From: Nitrospinales bacterium
Lineage (GTDB): Bacteria > Nitrospinota > Nitrospinia > Nitrospinales > VA-1
Length of the DNA: 64,000 nucleotides
NCBI GenBank assembly: GCA_965223345.1
Contig: CBDCWG010000012.1
Coordinates: forward strand, 3,200,001-3,264,000
Direction of reading: 5' to 3'
Part shown: positions 49,355 to 60,890 of the stretch, piece after piece
Layout of the letters: each line of letters opens with the position of its first letter
How positions within the stretch are numbered: the first letter of the stretch is position 1
Notes under the pieces: model-generated
The model's database searches: none
The model's input: the letters and a program-made list of their open reading frames with translations, nothing else
What the model was told of the DNA's origin: nothing
Translations under genes and position numbers: made by a program

Positions 49355-50668
49355 TTGGACGAATCGATATTACCCCGTGCTTTAACCCTGGCGGTGTTAC
49401 TGCTCTTTTCGGGTTTTTTCTCCGCGTGTGAAGCCGCATTCTTCTCCCTGAATCCGTTGCAGCTGACGGAATTGAAGGACAACCGGGGCCGCCTGGGCCG
49501 CCTGGTGTACTCCCTCCTGGAAAAACCGCGGGAACTCCTCATCACCATCTACATCGGCAACGAACTGGTCAACATCGCCATTTCGGTCATCACCACCTCG
49601 ATCGCCATCAAGATCTTCGGCAACGCGGGTGTGGGGATCGCCATCGGCGTCGGCACCTTTTTGCTGCTCATCTTCGGGGAGATCGTCCCCAAATCCATGT
49701 CCCTCAAGGTGGCGCAGGCGTTCGCCCTCACCGCCGCCTTTCCGCTCAAGCTGTTTTCCCAGCTGGTGCAGCCGCCGCAGAAACTCCTGACGCGGCTGGC
49801 GGAGGGATTCATCCGCTACCTCGGTCTCGGTTCGGTGCAGAAACTGGAACCGGCGATCACGGACGCGGAATTTCGCGCCATGGTGCAGATGGGAGTCGGC
49901 GAAGGGGTGATCGACGACGACGAAAAAGAGATGATCCACAACATCATCAATTTCGGCGAGACCACGGTCGGCGAGATCATGACCCCCAAAATCGACATGG
50001 TGACGGTCAACATCGATGACAGTCTGGACGACATCCTGCCTTTGATCGCGGAAAACTTCTATTCGCGGGTTCCGGTCTACGATAAGGAGCAGGAAAACAT
50101 CATCGGCATCCTGCTCACCAAGCACCTCAACCGGCTGAAGCACCTGCCGAAGGAAAACGTCAACCTCAAGAGCATCATCATTCACCCTCCACTTTCGGTA
50201 CCGCAATCCAAGAAGATCAAGGAGCTGCTGGAGGAGTTCAAAAAACTCAAACGCCACATCGCCATCGTTCTCGATGAATACGGCAGCGTGGCGGGGCTGG
50301 TGACGCTGGAGGACATTCTCGAAGAGCTGGTCGGGGAGATCGACAGCGAGATGCGGGTCGATCCGGAAGCGGTGGTCAAGATCAGCGAGGACAACTACCG
50401 GGTGCACGGCAGCTTCAGCATTCACGATTTCAACGAATACTTCAAGTCCGCCCTGCCGGACGAGCCGCACAACACGGTGGGCGGACTGGTGTTTCACGCA
50501 TTCGGCAGGGTTCCCCGGTCCGGGGAAACGATCACCCAGGGCAATTTCAAATTCCGGGTGGAAAAGATGAAGGGCCCGCGCATCCTGCGCGTGCACGTGA
50601 CGCTGCTTCACTCGGGAGCGCCGGGAGAGGAAAACGGCGCCGATCCCCCCAAACCCGCAAACGGCTGA
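49355..50668 (+). CDS. CNNM/CBS/CorC (hemolysin-family) membrane protein, paralog 1
   Basis: FFSACEAAFFS, FGEIVPK, EIMTP, SRVPVY, DEYG...GLVTLEDILEELVGEI. Confidence 0.92.
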   Translation: MDESILPRALTLAVLLLFSGFFSACEAAFFSLNPLQLTELKDNRGRLGRLVYSLLEKPRELLITIYIGNELVNIAISVITTSIAIKIFGNAGVGIAIGVGTFLLLIFGEIVPKSMSLKVAQAFALTAAFPLKLFSQLVQPPQKLLTRLAEGFIRYLGLGSVQKLEPAITDAEFRAMVQMGVGEGVIDDDEKEMIHNIINFGETTVGEIMTPKIDMVTVNIDDSLDDILPLIAENFYSRVPVYDKEQENIIGILLTKHLNRLKHLPKENVNLKSIIIHPPLSVPQSKKIKELLEEFKKLKRHIAIVLDEYGSVAGLVTLEDILEELVGEIDSEMRVDPEAVVKISEDNYRVHGSFSIHDFNEYFKSALPDEPHNTVGGLVFHAFGRVPRSGETITQGNFKFRVEKMKGPRILRVHVTLLHSGAPGEENGADPPKPANG

Positions 50669-51936
50669 TGGACCTGACGACCACATTGATTCTGGTGACG
50701 CTGTTTCTCTTCCTGGAGGCGTTTTTCTCCGGGTCGGAGATCGGCATGATCGCCGTAAGCCGGATCAAGATGCAGCAGAAGGCCGACGACGGCGACGCCG
50801 CGGCGCAGACCGTGCTGAATCTGCTGAGCACGCCGGAGAGGCTGTTCGCCACCACATCCCTGGGCACCAACCTGGCGATGGTTTCCAGCTCGGCGGTATT
50901 CACCGCCTACATGGTCTCGCGGTTCGGCGAATCCGGCGAATGGGCGGCGATGCTGGCGCTCACGCCGCTGGTCCTTTTTTTCGGCGAGATCGTGCCGAAG
51001 ATGATCATCCAGAACCGGCCGGACGCGATCATGCTGGTGCTCGTCACGCCGCTCAACTGGGTCCGCAACGTGTTCTCCCCCGTCATCGCCCTGTTCACCA
51101 AAGCGTCGACGATCGTCACCGAGAACATCCTGAGCGACGAGGAAACCAACGGCCAGACCACGAGCCGCGATCAGATCCGGCAGGTGATGAGCATCGATTC
51201 GCAGGCGGTGCAGCTCGGGTCGGTGGAACGCAAGATGATCCACAAGATCTTCAACTTCGGCGAGATCAATGTGGAGCAGTGCATGGTGCCGCTGGTGCAG
51301 ATGACCGCCCTACTCGACACGGCGACGCTGAAGGAAGCGCACGAGGCGGCGAACGATTCGGGCTTTTCCCGGCTGCCGGTGTTTCACGAGCGGATGCACA
51401 ACATCATCGGCATCCTCAACGCGTTCGACCTCATCGATCAACCGGTGGACGATTCCCCCGTCACGGAGCTGATCCGCCCGGCGTACTACGTGCCGCCCAA
51501 CAAAAAGATCGACGATTTGCTCAAGGAATTGCAGCAGCGCGGCCTGCACATGGCGGTGGTGGTGGATGAATACGGCGGCTGCACGGGCATCGTGACGATC
51601 GAGGATCTCTTAGAAAAGATCGTCGGTGAAATCGAGGACGAATACGACAAAGAGGAAAAGCGGTACGAAAACTACGCGGACGGCGGCTATCTGATCGAGG
51701 CGGACATGGAGGTCGGCGTCATCAACGAGACGCTGAACCTCAACCTGCCCACCGGCGATTACGAAACGCTGGCGGGGCTCGCCATCCACCACCTGGAAAA
51801 GGTCCCCAATTCCGGCGAGCAGCTGGTGGTCAACGGCTACCGGCTGACGATCAAGGAAGCCAGCAAGCGCAAGGTGCAATCGATCATCGTGCGCAAGCTC
51901 GAACCGGAAAACTCCGACTCTCCCTCTTCTTCCTGA
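50668..51936 (+). CDS. CNNM/CBS/CorC (hemolysin-family) membrane protein, paralog 2
   Basis: [48 protein letters not shown] overlap with paralog 1. Confidence 0.92.
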   Translation: MDLTTTLILVTLFLFLEAFFSGSEIGMIAVSRIKMQQKADDGDAAAQTVLNLLSTPERLFATTSLGTNLAMVSSSAVFTAYMVSRFGESGEWAAMLALTPLVLFFGEIVPKMIIQNRPDAIMLVLVTPLNWVRNVFSPVIALFTKASTIVTENILSDEETNGQTTSRDQIRQVMSIDSQAVQLGSVERKMIHKIFNFGEINVEQCMVPLVQMTALLDTATLKEAHEAANDSGFSRLPVFHERMHNIIGILNAFDLIDQPVDDSPVTELIRPAYYVPPNKKIDDLLKELQQRGLHMAVVVDEYGGCTGIVTIEDLLEKIVGEIEDEYDKEEKRYENYADGGYLIEADMEVGVINETLNLNLPTGDYETLAGLAIHHLEKVPNSGEQLVVNGYRLTIKEASKRKVQSIIVRKLEPENSDSPSSS

Positions 51937-51970
51937 ACGATCCCTTCCCTGCCGAAAAACGAAGCCGGGC

Positions 51971-52693
51971 TCACAGCCCGCGGCTCTTCTCCAGCTCTTC
52001 GTAAGCGGCGCGAATTTCCAGAAATTTCAGATGTGCGTCCTCGCCCTCTTCCCGCCCGAGGTGCGCGACGCGATCGGGATGAAACTCGGCGGCTTTCTGC
52101 CGGTAGGCTTTCTTGATGTCCTCGGCGCTGGCGCTGTACTCGACACCGAGAATGCGGTAGGGGTTTTTCAGCGCGTCGAGGGAATACTTTTTACGGATGC
52201 GGTCATGTTCCGGATAGCTGACCTGCAACAGACCTGCGAGCTCGTTGATGACGTTCTGCGTTTCGTCGGTCAGGGAATGTTCGATGAGCGCCATCTGGTA
52301 GGACAGGGCCAGCACGAGGAGGTTGTAATTGTTCCCGGAGGCTTTGCGGTACTGCTCGGCAAAGGGTTTCAGATCGGGATTCAGCCTTTGCGTTTCGGCG
52401 ATGACCTGATCGATGTAGCCGAGATCCGGCTTCTCATAATCCAGGTTCTTGATGAAAAACCGGTGGATGAGACGCCTCTCGTTTGCCGTGAGGGGGCCGT
52501 CGAGCATCCCCACTTTCGTCATGATGACGACCAGGCAGGTGACGAACAGCCCGCGCTCGGTGACGCCGGGCAGTCCCTGATCGATTTTTTTCAAGGCCTT
52601 TTTGGTGATGATGTGCTGCAGGGTCCCGCCCACAACGGCCCCCAGGGGGCCGCCGCGCAGAAAGCCCATGCCGGCGCCTAACAACCAGGACAT
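51971..52693 (-). CDS. DjlA-like co-chaperone (TM, TerB-like, C-terminal J domain)
   Basis: GGPLGAVVG N-terminus. PYRILGV...IKKAYR...HPD J-domain. Confidence 0.85.
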   Translation of the reverse strand: MSWLLGAGMGFLRGGPLGAVVGGTLQHIITKKALKKIDQGLPGVTERGLFVTCLVVIMTKVGMLDGPLTANERRLIHRFFIKNLDYEKPDLGYIDQVIAETQRLNPDLKPFAEQYRKASGNNYNLLVLALSYQMALIEHSLTDETQNVINELAGLLQVSYPEHDRIRKKYSLDALKNPYRILGVEYSASAEDIKKAYRQKAAEFHPDRVAHLGREEGEDAHLKFLEIRAAYEELEKSRGL

Positions 52694-52923
52694 GTTTCCC
52701 TTCCTCGCTCGAAAAAACCGCAGTGGCTCATGAGCCCAATGATAGCACCACCGCCCCGCACAGGTAAAGGCCGGGCGGCCTTGCGGGCAGCTGCGAAGAG
52801 CTTGTTCTCAAATGCCGATTGGTGTATGGTTTGTCCGATTTCGGCCTTCTGCATGCGAATTTTTCAGTTTAGCGGCCGAAAAAACCTGGGACCGCCCGCC
52901 GGTCCCTTTTGAGGGAGAAGGGA

Positions 52924-53214
52924 ATGGTCAAGCACATTGTGATGTTCAAACTGGCTGAAAAAAATCAGGGCAATCTGGACACGGTGGTCCAGGCGCTCAA
53001 GGGCATGGAAGGAAAGATCGAGACCCTCCGGCACATCGAGGTGGGCGTGGACTACTCGGGTTCCGAAAGAAGTTACGATGTGGTGCTGACGACCCATTTC
53101 GACGACCGGCAGGGGCTGCAAACCTATGTGACGCACGAAAACCACGTGCCGGTCGCCCAGACCATGCGCTCCCTCTGTTCCCACTCGGTGGTGGTGGATT
53201 ACGAGCTGGACTGA
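52924..53214 (+). CDS. Dabb-family stress-responsive A/B barrel protein
   Basis: MVKHIVMFK...YDVVL...Y..H..H...VVDYE pattern. Confidence 0.9.
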   Translation: MVKHIVMFKLAEKNQGNLDTVVQALKGMEGKIETLRHIEVGVDYSGSERSYDVVLTTHFDDRQGLQTYVTHENHVPVAQTMRSLCSHSVVVDYELD

Positions 53215-53291
53215 ACGCCCGGCCGTATTTTTCCGCCCCGTTCCGCCTTCCGTATCCGGGAGGGCCGGCGATATCGGCATAAAATAAATTC

Positions 53292-53320
53292 TTGTGCTTT
53301 CAATTTTTGGGTGATAGTAT
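53292..53320 (+). promoter_or_regulatory. Putative sigma70 promoter ~350 bp upstream of the dksA-like gene
   Basis: TTGTGC-N17-TAGTAT with extended -10 TG and an AT-rich upstream tract. Confidence 0.55.
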
Positions 53321-53667
53321 TCCGTCTTAAAATTTGTAAAATTTACACTTAGTGTTACTTATTAAAAAGATAAAATAACGCACACATCATTCACTCGGGT
53401 ACTTATTGAACCGTCGCAGTTTTTTTCGTCCCTTTCGCCGAAGGCGAAACGATTTTTGAATCTTCTGTTTGCGGGGATTGGATCGTTTTCCCCCTGAGCG
53501 AACCGCAAATGGCAATCGCTCCCCTCCCCCCGCCGATTGACGATACATGGGAGTTTTGTTCACAATCATCGCACACTCCCCTTTTTCTCTCTGAACGGGC
53601 ACCGTTCGTTCCGCCCGTTTTTTTAACACCGGTTTTGTCCCAAAACTAAAAAAAGGAGGTTTTGGGG

Positions 53668-54459
53668 ATGGTCAAGAAAAAGACGACGAAAAAAAAGGCT
53701 GCCAAAAATACCGCCGCCAAAAAAAAGGCTTCCGCTAAAAAATCCGCCAAGAAGGTCGGCAAAAAGACGACGGCTTCGAAAAAGTCCTCCGCGAAAAAAG
53801 CCAAATCCAAAGTGAAGACCAAGGCGAAATCCAAGGCAAAAGCAAAACCCAAGGCGAAGACCAAAACAAAAGCCAAAGCCACAAAGAAAAAGGCTAAAGC
53901 CAAGGCAAAACCGAAAGCCAAAGCCGCAAAGAAAAAGGCCAAAACCAAAGCGAAGGCGAAGCCCAAGGCAAAAGCCAAGGCCGCGAAAAAAGCCCCCAAG
54001 GCCAAAAAAGCGTCCAGCCCCAAGGCGAAGGCGAAACCCGTCGTCGAGCCCGAACCCGTAGAGGAAGAGGATATTCCCGAACCGCCTCCACCGCCGGAAC
54101 CGGTGGACCTGACCAAAGACCCGGCGGTGATGAAGATCTACGAGCGGCTGATCCAGAACCGTTCGGAAGTGGTCAAGATGCTGCAATCCTCACAGGCGAT
54201 GGAACGAGATGTGGGGGAATTGACGTTCAGCGACGAGATCGATCTGGCCGCCAGTCTGGAGGGGAGGGAAATGACCTTTCAGCTTTCCAGCCGCGACCGC
54301 AACGAATTGAAGATGATCGAGGAAGCCCTGTTCAAGATTCAAAAGGGCACGTATGGAATCTGCGAAAACTGCTACAAGAAAATCGCCATGAAGCGGTTGC
54401 AGATCCTGCCCTTGAGCACGCTCTGCATCGAATGTCAGGAATCCGCTGAACAGGGTTGA
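53668..54459 (+). CDS. dksA: DksA/TraR-family protein with histone-H1-like Lys/Ala-rich N-terminus
   Basis: DEIDLA (DxxDxA) tip motif and C4 zinc finger CENC-x17-CIEC. About 120 N-terminal residues are K/A/T/S/P-rich. Confidence 0.85.
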   Translation: MVKKKTTKKKAAKNTAAKKKASAKKSAKKVGKKTTASKKSSAKKAKSKVKTKAKSKAKAKPKAKTKTKAKATKKKAKAKAKPKAKAAKKKAKTKAKAKPKAKAKAAKKAPKAKKASSPKAKAKPVVEPEPVEEEDIPEPPPPPEPVDLTKDPAVMKIYERLIQNRSEVVKMLQSSQAMERDVGELTFSDEIDLAASLEGREMTFQLSSRDRNELKMIEEALFKIQKGTYGICENCYKKIAMKRLQILPLSTLCIECQESAEQG

Positions 54460-54466
54460 AGCCGGC

Positions 54467-57055
54467 TCAACTGCCGTGGCATTTTTTGTATTTCTTCCCG
54501 CTGCCGCAGGGGCACGGATCGTTGCGCCCCACTTTCTTCTCATCCCGCCGCACGGTTTCCGGTTTGCCTCCGCCGTCCTCTTCCTTGCCCCGGTGCTCGA
54601 TGACGTTCTGCTGCTTCGGCATCGCCTCTTCGAAGGCGGCCTCGGGCTGTTCCTGCTTTTGAATCTGCATGCGGAATAGAAACTCGACCACTTCCTGCTT
54701 GATCCGGTCCATGGTGTACCGGAACATCTCGAAGCCTTCCTTCTTGTATTCGGTCAGCGGGTTTTTCTGGGCGTAACCGCGCAGCCCGATGCCTTCCTTC
54801 ATGTGATCCATCCCAAGCAGGTGGTCTTTCCAGCGCGCGTCGGTGAACTGCAGCATCGCGCCTTTGCGGATATTGTGAATCGCCTGCTCGTTGAGTCCGT
54901 CCCGTTTCAGCTCCTCCTCCTTGGCATCGCAGGCGCGGCGGACCTCTTCCATGATGGCCTCGTGCAGCTTTTTGCGGTTGCAGTCCTCTAAAGGCAATTT
55001 GTGCGTTTTATTGATGAGGAGTTCCTTGTCCCCGGTCTTTTCGGCGTGGATCAGAAAATATTTTTCCAGCGCTTCGTCCAGCGCGGCGATGTCCCATTCT
55101 TCGGGGTACAGCTTTTCATGCGCGATGTCCTCGAGGATGCCCTCGACGATTTCTTCCGCCATTTCCAGCAGGATTTCCTTCTGGTTTTCGCCGCTGATGA
55201 TGTCGCGGCGCAGCTCGTAAAACACCTCGCGCTGACGGTTCATGACGTCGTCGTATTCGAGAAGGTGTTTGCGAATGTCGAAGTTGTGCGCCTCGACCTT
55301 CTTCTGCGCGTTGGCCACCGCTTTCGACACCATGTTGTGCTCGATGGGCTGGCCGTTTTCCATGCCCAGCTTCTCCATGATCCCGGAGATGCGGTCGGAG
55401 CCGAAAATGCGCAGCAGGTCGTCCTCCAGGGACAGGTAGAAACGGGAAGAGCCCTTGTCTCCCTGCCTGCCGGAGCGGCCGCGCAACTGGTTGTCGATGC
55501 GGCGGCTTTCGTGCCGCTCGGTGCCGAGGATGTGCAGCCCGCCCAGTTCGGGCACGCCTTCGCCGAGCACGATGTCGGTGCCGCGGCCGGCCATGTTGGT
55601 GGCGATGGTCACGGCGCCGTTCTGTCCGGCCTGGGCGATGATTTCCGCTTCCTTTTCGTGCTGCTTGGCGTTGAGCACGTTGTGCTTGATGCCGTGCTTC
55701 TTCAACAGCTTGCTCAGCGCTTCGGATTTCTCGATGGAAATCGTGCCCACCAGCACGGGCCGGCCGATTTCATTGAGTTCCTTGATTTCCTCCAGCACCG
55801 CGTCGAACTTCTCCTTTTCGGTGCGGTAGATGACGTCGGCGAAATCGTCGCGGATCATGGGTTTGTTGGTGGGGACGACGACGACTTCCAGTCCGTAGAT
55901 CGATTGAAACTCGGCGGCTTCGGTGTCCGCGGTTCCGGTCATGCCCGCGAGCTTGTCGTACATGCGGAAATAATTCTGAAAGGTGATGCTCGCCAGCGTC
56001 TGGTTTTCGTTTTCGATCTTGACGCCCTCTTTGGCTTCCAGCGCCTGGTGCAGCCCGTCGCTGTAACGCCGGCCGGTCATCATGCGGCCGGTGAACTCGT
56101 CGATGATCACGACCTGCCCGTCCTTGACGACGTAGTCCACTTCGTTTCTGAACACCGCGTGCGCCTTGAGCGCCTGCTGCGCACAGTGCAGGGTTTCGAT
56201 GTTTTTGGGATCGTACAGGTTTTCGACGTTGAGCTTTTTCTCCAGCTCCGCGATGCCCTCTTCGGTCAGCGAGGCAGTGCGGGCCTTCTCGTCCACCTGG
56301 TAATGCGTTTCCTTCTTCAGGCTGGGCACCACGCGGTTGACTTCGTAGTACTTGTCGGTCGATTCCTCGGCGGGCCCGGAAATGATCAGCGGCGTGCGGG
56401 ATTCGTCGATGAGGATGCTGTCCACCTCGTCCACGATGGCAAAATTCAAATGCCGCTGCACGAAGTCTTCCTCGAAAAACTTCATGTTGTCGCGCAGGTA
56501 GTCGAAACCGAACTCGTTGTTGGTGCCGTAGGTGACATCGGATTTATAGGCCTGGTGCCGCTCTTCTTCGGGCATGTCCTGGTAGATCATGCCGACGGTC
56601 AAACCGAGAAAGGTGTAGACCGCGCCCATCCATTCGCTGTCGCGCTTGGCCAGGTAATCGTTGACCGTGACCACGTGCACGCCCTTCTCTTCGAGCGCGT
56701 TCAGATAAACGGGCAGCGTCGCCATCAGGGTTTTTCCTTCGCCGGTTTTCATCTCGGCGATCTTCCCTTCGTGCAGCACCACGCCGCCGACCAGCTGCAC
56801 ATCGAAATGGCGCATCGTAAGGACGCGCCAGCTGGCTTCACGCACCACCGCAAAGGCTTCCGGCAGGATGTCATCGAGGCTGGCGCCCTGCGCCAGCTGC
56901 TCCTTGAATGCGGGCGTTTTGGCCTTGAGTTCGGCGTCGCTGAGAGCCTTCACCCCTTCCTCCAGGGCGTTGACCTTCTCCACATAAGCCTGGATGCGCT
57001 TGATCTCGCGATCGTTTTTGGTGCCGACGATTTTCTGAATTAAGTTCATTACCAT
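54467..57055 (-). CDS. secA: Preprotein translocase ATPase SecA
   Basis: [64 protein letters not shown]. Confidence 0.98.
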   Translation of the reverse strand: MVMNLIQKIVGTKNDREIKRIQAYVEKVNALEEGVKALSDAELKAKTPAFKEQLAQGASLDDILPEAFAVVREASWRVLTMRHFDVQLVGGVVLHEGKIAEMKTGEGKTLMATLPVYLNALEEKGVHVVTVNDYLAKRDSEWMGAVYTFLGLTVGMIYQDMPEEERHQAYKSDVTYGTNNEFGFDYLRDNMKFFEEDFVQRHLNFAIVDEVDSILIDESRTPLIISGPAEESTDKYYEVNRVVPSLKKETHYQVDEKARTASLTEEGIAELEKKLNVENLYDPKNIETLHCAQQALKAHAVFRNEVDYVVKDGQVVIIDEFTGRMMTGRRYSDGLHQALEAKEGVKIENENQTLASITFQNYFRMYDKLAGMTGTADTEAAEFQSIYGLEVVVVPTNKPMIRDDFADVIYRTEKEKFDAVLEEIKELNEIGRPVLVGTISIEKSEALSKLLKKHGIKHNVLNAKQHEKEAEIIAQAGQNGAVTIATNMAGRGTDIVLGEGVPELGGLHILGTERHESRRIDNQLRGRSGRQGDKGSSRFYLSLEDDLLRIFGSDRISGIMEKLGMENGQPIEHNMVSKAVANAQKKVEAHNFDIRKHLLEYDDVMNRQREVFYELRRDIISGENQKEILLEMAEEIVEGILEDIAHEKLYPEEWDIAALDEALEKYFLIHAEKTGDKELLINKTHKLPLEDCNRKKLHEAIMEEVRRACDAKEEELKRDGLNEQAIHNIRKGAMLQFTDARWKDHLLGMDHMKEGIGLRGYAQKNPLTEYKKEGFEMFRYTMDRIKQEVVEFLFRMQIQKQEQPEAAFEEAMPKQQNVIEHRGKEEDGGGKPETVRRDEKKVGRNDPCPCGSGKKYKKCHGS

Positions 57056-57379
57056 GAGCAGACCGATTCGTTCTTTATGTCAAATTAGGGACAAGGGCCG
57101 CGTCGCGACAAGACACACCGGTGCCGGTTGCAACGAAACCCGTGAATGACCGTTTGGAGGAATTCAATTCGATCGGGAACCATCCCCTCCCCCGAACCTG
57201 CCGGTTGGGATCGAACTCATTGTAACCAAACCGCAATCGTAATGAAACCACTGTTTTGGAGTCGTGCGCGCAGCCAGAGCGGGCTTGAGGGTGAAACGCC
57301 GGGTGGAGATGAAAAAAATGCGTGCTTTAACAGGAAGGCTCTCCGGCACAGGATGCCGGAACGGGACGGCCGGAGCCGG

Positions 57380-58309
57380 TCACTCTTCGAGGATGTAGTT
57401 CTTGGGATTGACGGGGACGCCGTTCAACAGCACTTCGTAATGCAGATGCGGTCCGGTGCTGCGGCCGGTGTTGCCGACTTTGGCGATGGCCTGGCCGCGC
57501 TTGACGCGGTCTCCCACTTTGACCAAATGCTTGGAGTTGTGTCCGTAACGGGTGGCGATGCCGTAGCCGTGCTTGACTTCCACCATGTTGCCGTAGCCGC
57601 TCTCCCGGCCCGAAACCGAAACGATGCCGTCGGCGGTGGCCCGGACGATGGAACCGGTGCGGGCGCCGATGTCCCAGCCTTCGTGCTTTTCTTTCAAGCC
57701 CGTGAAGGGGGATTTGCGAATGCCGAATCCGGAAGTGACCCAGCCGCGGGTCGGCCAGATCGAAGGCGTGGCGGCGAGCAGAGACTTTTGATTTTTGAAG
57801 TATTCGTCGAGCTGCTGGAAGCTGATGGCCTGAACCTTGGCCTGCTGGTTGAGCTGATCCAGATCGATCGAAAGCCGTTCCACCATGGAAACCGCTTCCC
57901 GTTCCAGCGAAGTCACAAAACTCTGGGAAGACAATCCGTAAGGACCGCCGACGCCCCAGTCTTCCGTTTTGTTCGAGGGCGTGTCTCCGAGATCCGTGAT
58001 CACCCGCAGCTTGTTGGCGAACCGGTCCAATCGGGCCATTTCCGTGGAGAAATCCTTGACCTGCTGGGTGAATTTTTCGACCTGAATTTTCTGGATTTTG
58101 GACTCGCGGCGAAGCTCTGTGATTTCAACCTGGTCCTTGCGCAGTTGGTTGTAGCTGGAGATGAAATAGATCGACGATCCCGTCAGGACCACGACCAGCA
58201 CCAAAGAAACAATGAGCCCAAAATGGAAATATTTTTTGGGGATGCGAATTTTTTTGGGAGCTTCAGCTGAACCCGGAAACAGCATCAGGGTATAGTCTTC
58301 TTTATTCAC
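57380..58309 (-). CDS. M23-family metallopeptidase
   Basis: HEGWD (HxxxD), YGH and STGPHLHYEV motifs. N-terminal TM and coiled coil. GTG start after GGAGG. Confidence 0.92.
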   Translation of the reverse strand: MNKEDYTLMLFPGSAEAPKKIRIPKKYFHFGLIVSLVLVVVLTGSSIYFISSYNQLRKDQVEITELRRESKIQKIQVEKFTQQVKDFSTEMARLDRFANKLRVITDLGDTPSNKTEDWGVGGPYGLSSQSFVTSLEREAVSMVERLSIDLDQLNQQAKVQAISFQQLDEYFKNQKSLLAATPSIWPTRGWVTSGFGIRKSPFTGLKEKHEGWDIGARTGSIVRATADGIVSVSGRESGYGNMVEVKHGYGIATRYGHNSKHLVKVGDRVKRGQAIAKVGNTGRSTGPHLHYEVLLNGVPVNPKNYILEE

Positions 58310-58543
58310 CCCGCCCTCCTGCAACTGTGTTGAGACCTGTTGGTTCGAAAATCATTGCACAACCCTGCAATTTCTTAAACTAGCTTTGAAGCCTTTTGAT
58401 GTCAACCATTAATTGGGTGGCATCTGAGTCACAAAATATTACTTATATGAAAATTTACAATCGTTCGCTGAAAATTTTTTTCAACTTTGATTGTGTGAAA
58501 TCGTGCGTATTTTTTTTCAGCCGCGAAGGGACGGTTTTTCAAT

Positions 58544-59446
58544 TTATTTTATCTTCTCCCGCGCCTGAATGTGGTTGGGGTTGATCTTGAGGACTTCGCG
58601 GAAATAGGAAGCCGCTTTCTCACCCTCCCCTTTTTCTTCATACAAAAGTCCCAGGCTGAAATATGCCGGGACGAGTCCCTGGGTATAGCCGATTTCGCGA
58701 AAAACGCCGGCCATCTCGTCGAACTTGCCGATCGCCTCCTCCAGCTTTCCCTGGGCGTACAATTTGAATCCCTCCTGGCGCAGGGCTCTCCCTATGGACC
58801 TTCCGTAACCCCGCGCCAGGAGGGATTGTCCATCCTTGACATGTGCCCTGAACTCTGCAAAAAACAAGCCATAATTGCCCTTTTCGCGGTATATTTCGCC
58901 TAAGTTATTGTAAAACATAGGGTTTTCTGGCTCCAGACGGATGGCTTCCTTCACCGATTTTATGGCATAAGTGTATGATTTTGTGCGCGCTAGGGACGCT
59001 CCGAGGTTGTTCCAGGCCAGGGCGTTTTGCGGGTCCTGCCGGGTGGCTTTTTCGAGGTGGATGCGGGCCTGATCGTCGTTACCTTTAAGGTAATGGTGAT
59101 AGCCCAGACCGTAGTGCGCCGCGGACGATTCCGGGTGAGCGGCGAGGTATTCCGTCAGATAGGTTTCCGCCTCCGCTTCCCCGCTGGCCCCACGGTACGC
59201 CCGGATCAGGCCGCGAAACACCGCACTGTCCGCCTCGCCCCCCTCCAGCATGGCCTTATAGGCCGCCAGCGCTTCGGGATACCGCTTGCGGGCCAGCAGC
59301 CATTCGGCTCTCTGGTCCGGGGGCAGCGTGAACGCCGTTCCCGGATGCCCGCCCTGCTGCGGGAATGCCTGGGCCGGCGACAGGCAGTAAAGCACGCCCA
59401 GAAGGGCGCAAAGCCCTTTATATACCCTGCGGATTTTTTCGCTCAT
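58544..59446 (-). CDS. Exported TPR protein
   Basis: Signal peptide AQA-F. AHYGLG, AWNNLG, YNNLG and YFSLG TPR units. Confidence 0.88.
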   Translation of the reverse strand: MSEKIRRVYKGLCALLGVLYCLSPAQAFPQQGGHPGTAFTLPPDQRAEWLLARKRYPEALAAYKAMLEGGEADSAVFRGLIRAYRGASGEAEAETYLTEYLAAHPESSAAHYGLGYHHYLKGNDDQARIHLEKATRQDPQNALAWNNLGASLARTKSYTYAIKSVKEAIRLEPENPMFYNNLGEIYREKGNYGLFFAEFRAHVKDGQSLLARGYGRSIGRALRQEGFKLYAQGKLEEAIGKFDEMAGVFREIGYTQGLVPAYFSLGLLYEEKGEGEKAASYFREVLKINPNHIQAREKIK

Positions 59447-59473
59447 TCTTTAGGCTTTCCGGCCGGGATGGGA

Positions 59474-60865
59474 TCAGCCCATTTCTTCCGCATCGGGGTC
59501 CCCGCCGGGAGGGCCTCCTCCATGCTGGTCGGTGAGGTTGTAGAAGCGGGTGTGGTCGTTCTCGAAATGCAGTTTGACATCGCCGATGGGTCCGTTTCTC
59601 TGCTTGCGGATCAGGATTTCGGCGATGCCGATCTGGTCGCCCTCGGGGTTGTAGACCTCGTCGCGGTAGATGAAGGCGACCACGTCGGCGTCCTGCTCGA
59701 TGGAGCCGGATTCGCGCAGATCGGACAGCAGCGGCCGTTTGTCGGTGCGGCTCTCGACGCCGCGGCTGAGCTGGGAAAGCGCCACAATGGGCACGTTGAT
59801 TTCTTTCGCGAGCCCCTTGAGCCCGCGGGAAATTTCCGAGACTTCGAGCTGACGGTTTTCGGTGCTGGCGCGGCCGTGCATGAGCTGCAGGTAATCCACG
59901 ACGACGAGGCCGAGATTCTGCTCGGCGGCGAGACGCCGGGCGCGGGCGCGGATATCCAGGGAACTCAGAGCCGGGGTGTCGTCGATGAACATGGCCGCTT
60001 CCGAAAGCCGGCCCGCGGCCTGGGTGAGCTTGGGCCAGTCACTTTTGGCGATGTAGCCGGTGCGCAGCTTGCCGGAATTGATGCGCGCTTCGGCGCACAG
60101 CATACGCAGGCCGAGCTGCTCCTTGGACATCTCCAGACTGAAGATCGCGGTGGGCACTTTTTCGTGCAGCGCCGCATGCCGGGCGATGTCGAGGGCGAAA
60201 CTGGTTTTCCCCATACTGGGACGCCCGGCGATGATGATGAGATCGGAAGGCTGCAACCCCGCGGTCATGTGGTCCAGGTCGAGAAAGCCCGTGGACACAC
60301 CCTTGACCATGCCGGGATTTTCGAACAGCTTTTCGATGGCGACGAAATTGGATTTGACGATTTCCTGCAGGCTGAAAAAACTGCGGTTGGACCGCTTCTC
60401 GGAAATCTGGAAGATGGACTGCTCGGCACGGTCGAGGATGTGTTCGACGTCGTCGGTGTCGCTGTAGCTGTCGGTGACGATCTGGGTGGCGGTTTCGATC
60501 AGCTCGCGCAGCACCTTCTTTTCCCGCACGATCTTGGCGTGGTGGACGATGGCGGTGGCGGTGGGAACGAAATCCTCGAGCAGGTCCAGGTAGTCCATGC
60601 CGCCCACGGATTCGAGCTCGCTTTTCTTGCGCAGTTTTTCGGCGAGAGACAGGACGTCGATGGGCTCGTTGGCCTCAAAGAGATCCTGCATGGCGATGTA
60701 GATCTTTTTATGACTGGATTTGTAAAAGTCTTCCTCGCTCAGGACTTCCAGGGACTTGGCGATCGCGTCCTGAGATTTGAGACAGGCGGCCAGCACACTC
60801 TGCTCGGCTTCCATGCTGTAAGGCGGAAGTTTGCTGAGGGCGAGGTCGGAAATGGCTTCGGGCAT
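59474..60865 (-). CDS. dnaB: Replicative DNA helicase DnaB (no intein)
   Basis: PP.S.EAEQSVL, AGRPSMGKT, FSLEM, DYLQL, LSQLSR, SDLRESGSIEQDAD, KQRNGP. Confidence 0.97.
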   Translation of the reverse strand: MPEAISDLALSKLPPYSMEAEQSVLAACLKSQDAIAKSLEVLSEEDFYKSSHKKIYIAMQDLFEANEPIDVLSLAEKLRKKSELESVGGMDYLDLLEDFVPTATAIVHHAKIVREKKVLRELIETATQIVTDSYSDTDDVEHILDRAEQSIFQISEKRSNRSFFSLQEIVKSNFVAIEKLFENPGMVKGVSTGFLDLDHMTAGLQPSDLIIIAGRPSMGKTSFALDIARHAALHEKVPTAIFSLEMSKEQLGLRMLCAEARINSGKLRTGYIAKSDWPKLTQAAGRLSEAAMFIDDTPALSSLDIRARARRLAAEQNLGLVVVDYLQLMHGRASTENRQLEVSEISRGLKGLAKEINVPIVALSQLSRGVESRTDKRPLLSDLRESGSIEQDADVVAFIYRDEVYNPEGDQIGIAEILIRKQRNGPIGDVKLHFENDHTRFYNLTDQHGGGPPGGDPDAEEMG

Positions 60866-60890
60866 GGTTTTCCTCCCGGAACAGGGTGAA

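Noticed and set aside
53623..54186. Hydrophobic repetitive minus-strand ORFs (FALAF/FGLRL)
   Set aside because: Reverse reading of the Lys/Ala repeats of the dksA-like gene.
55001..57043. 680-aa plus-strand ORF
   Set aside because: Antisense to secA, a common artefact of GC-biased codon usage.
59027..60889. 620-aa plus-strand ORF
   Set aside because: Antisense to dnaB and the TPR gene.
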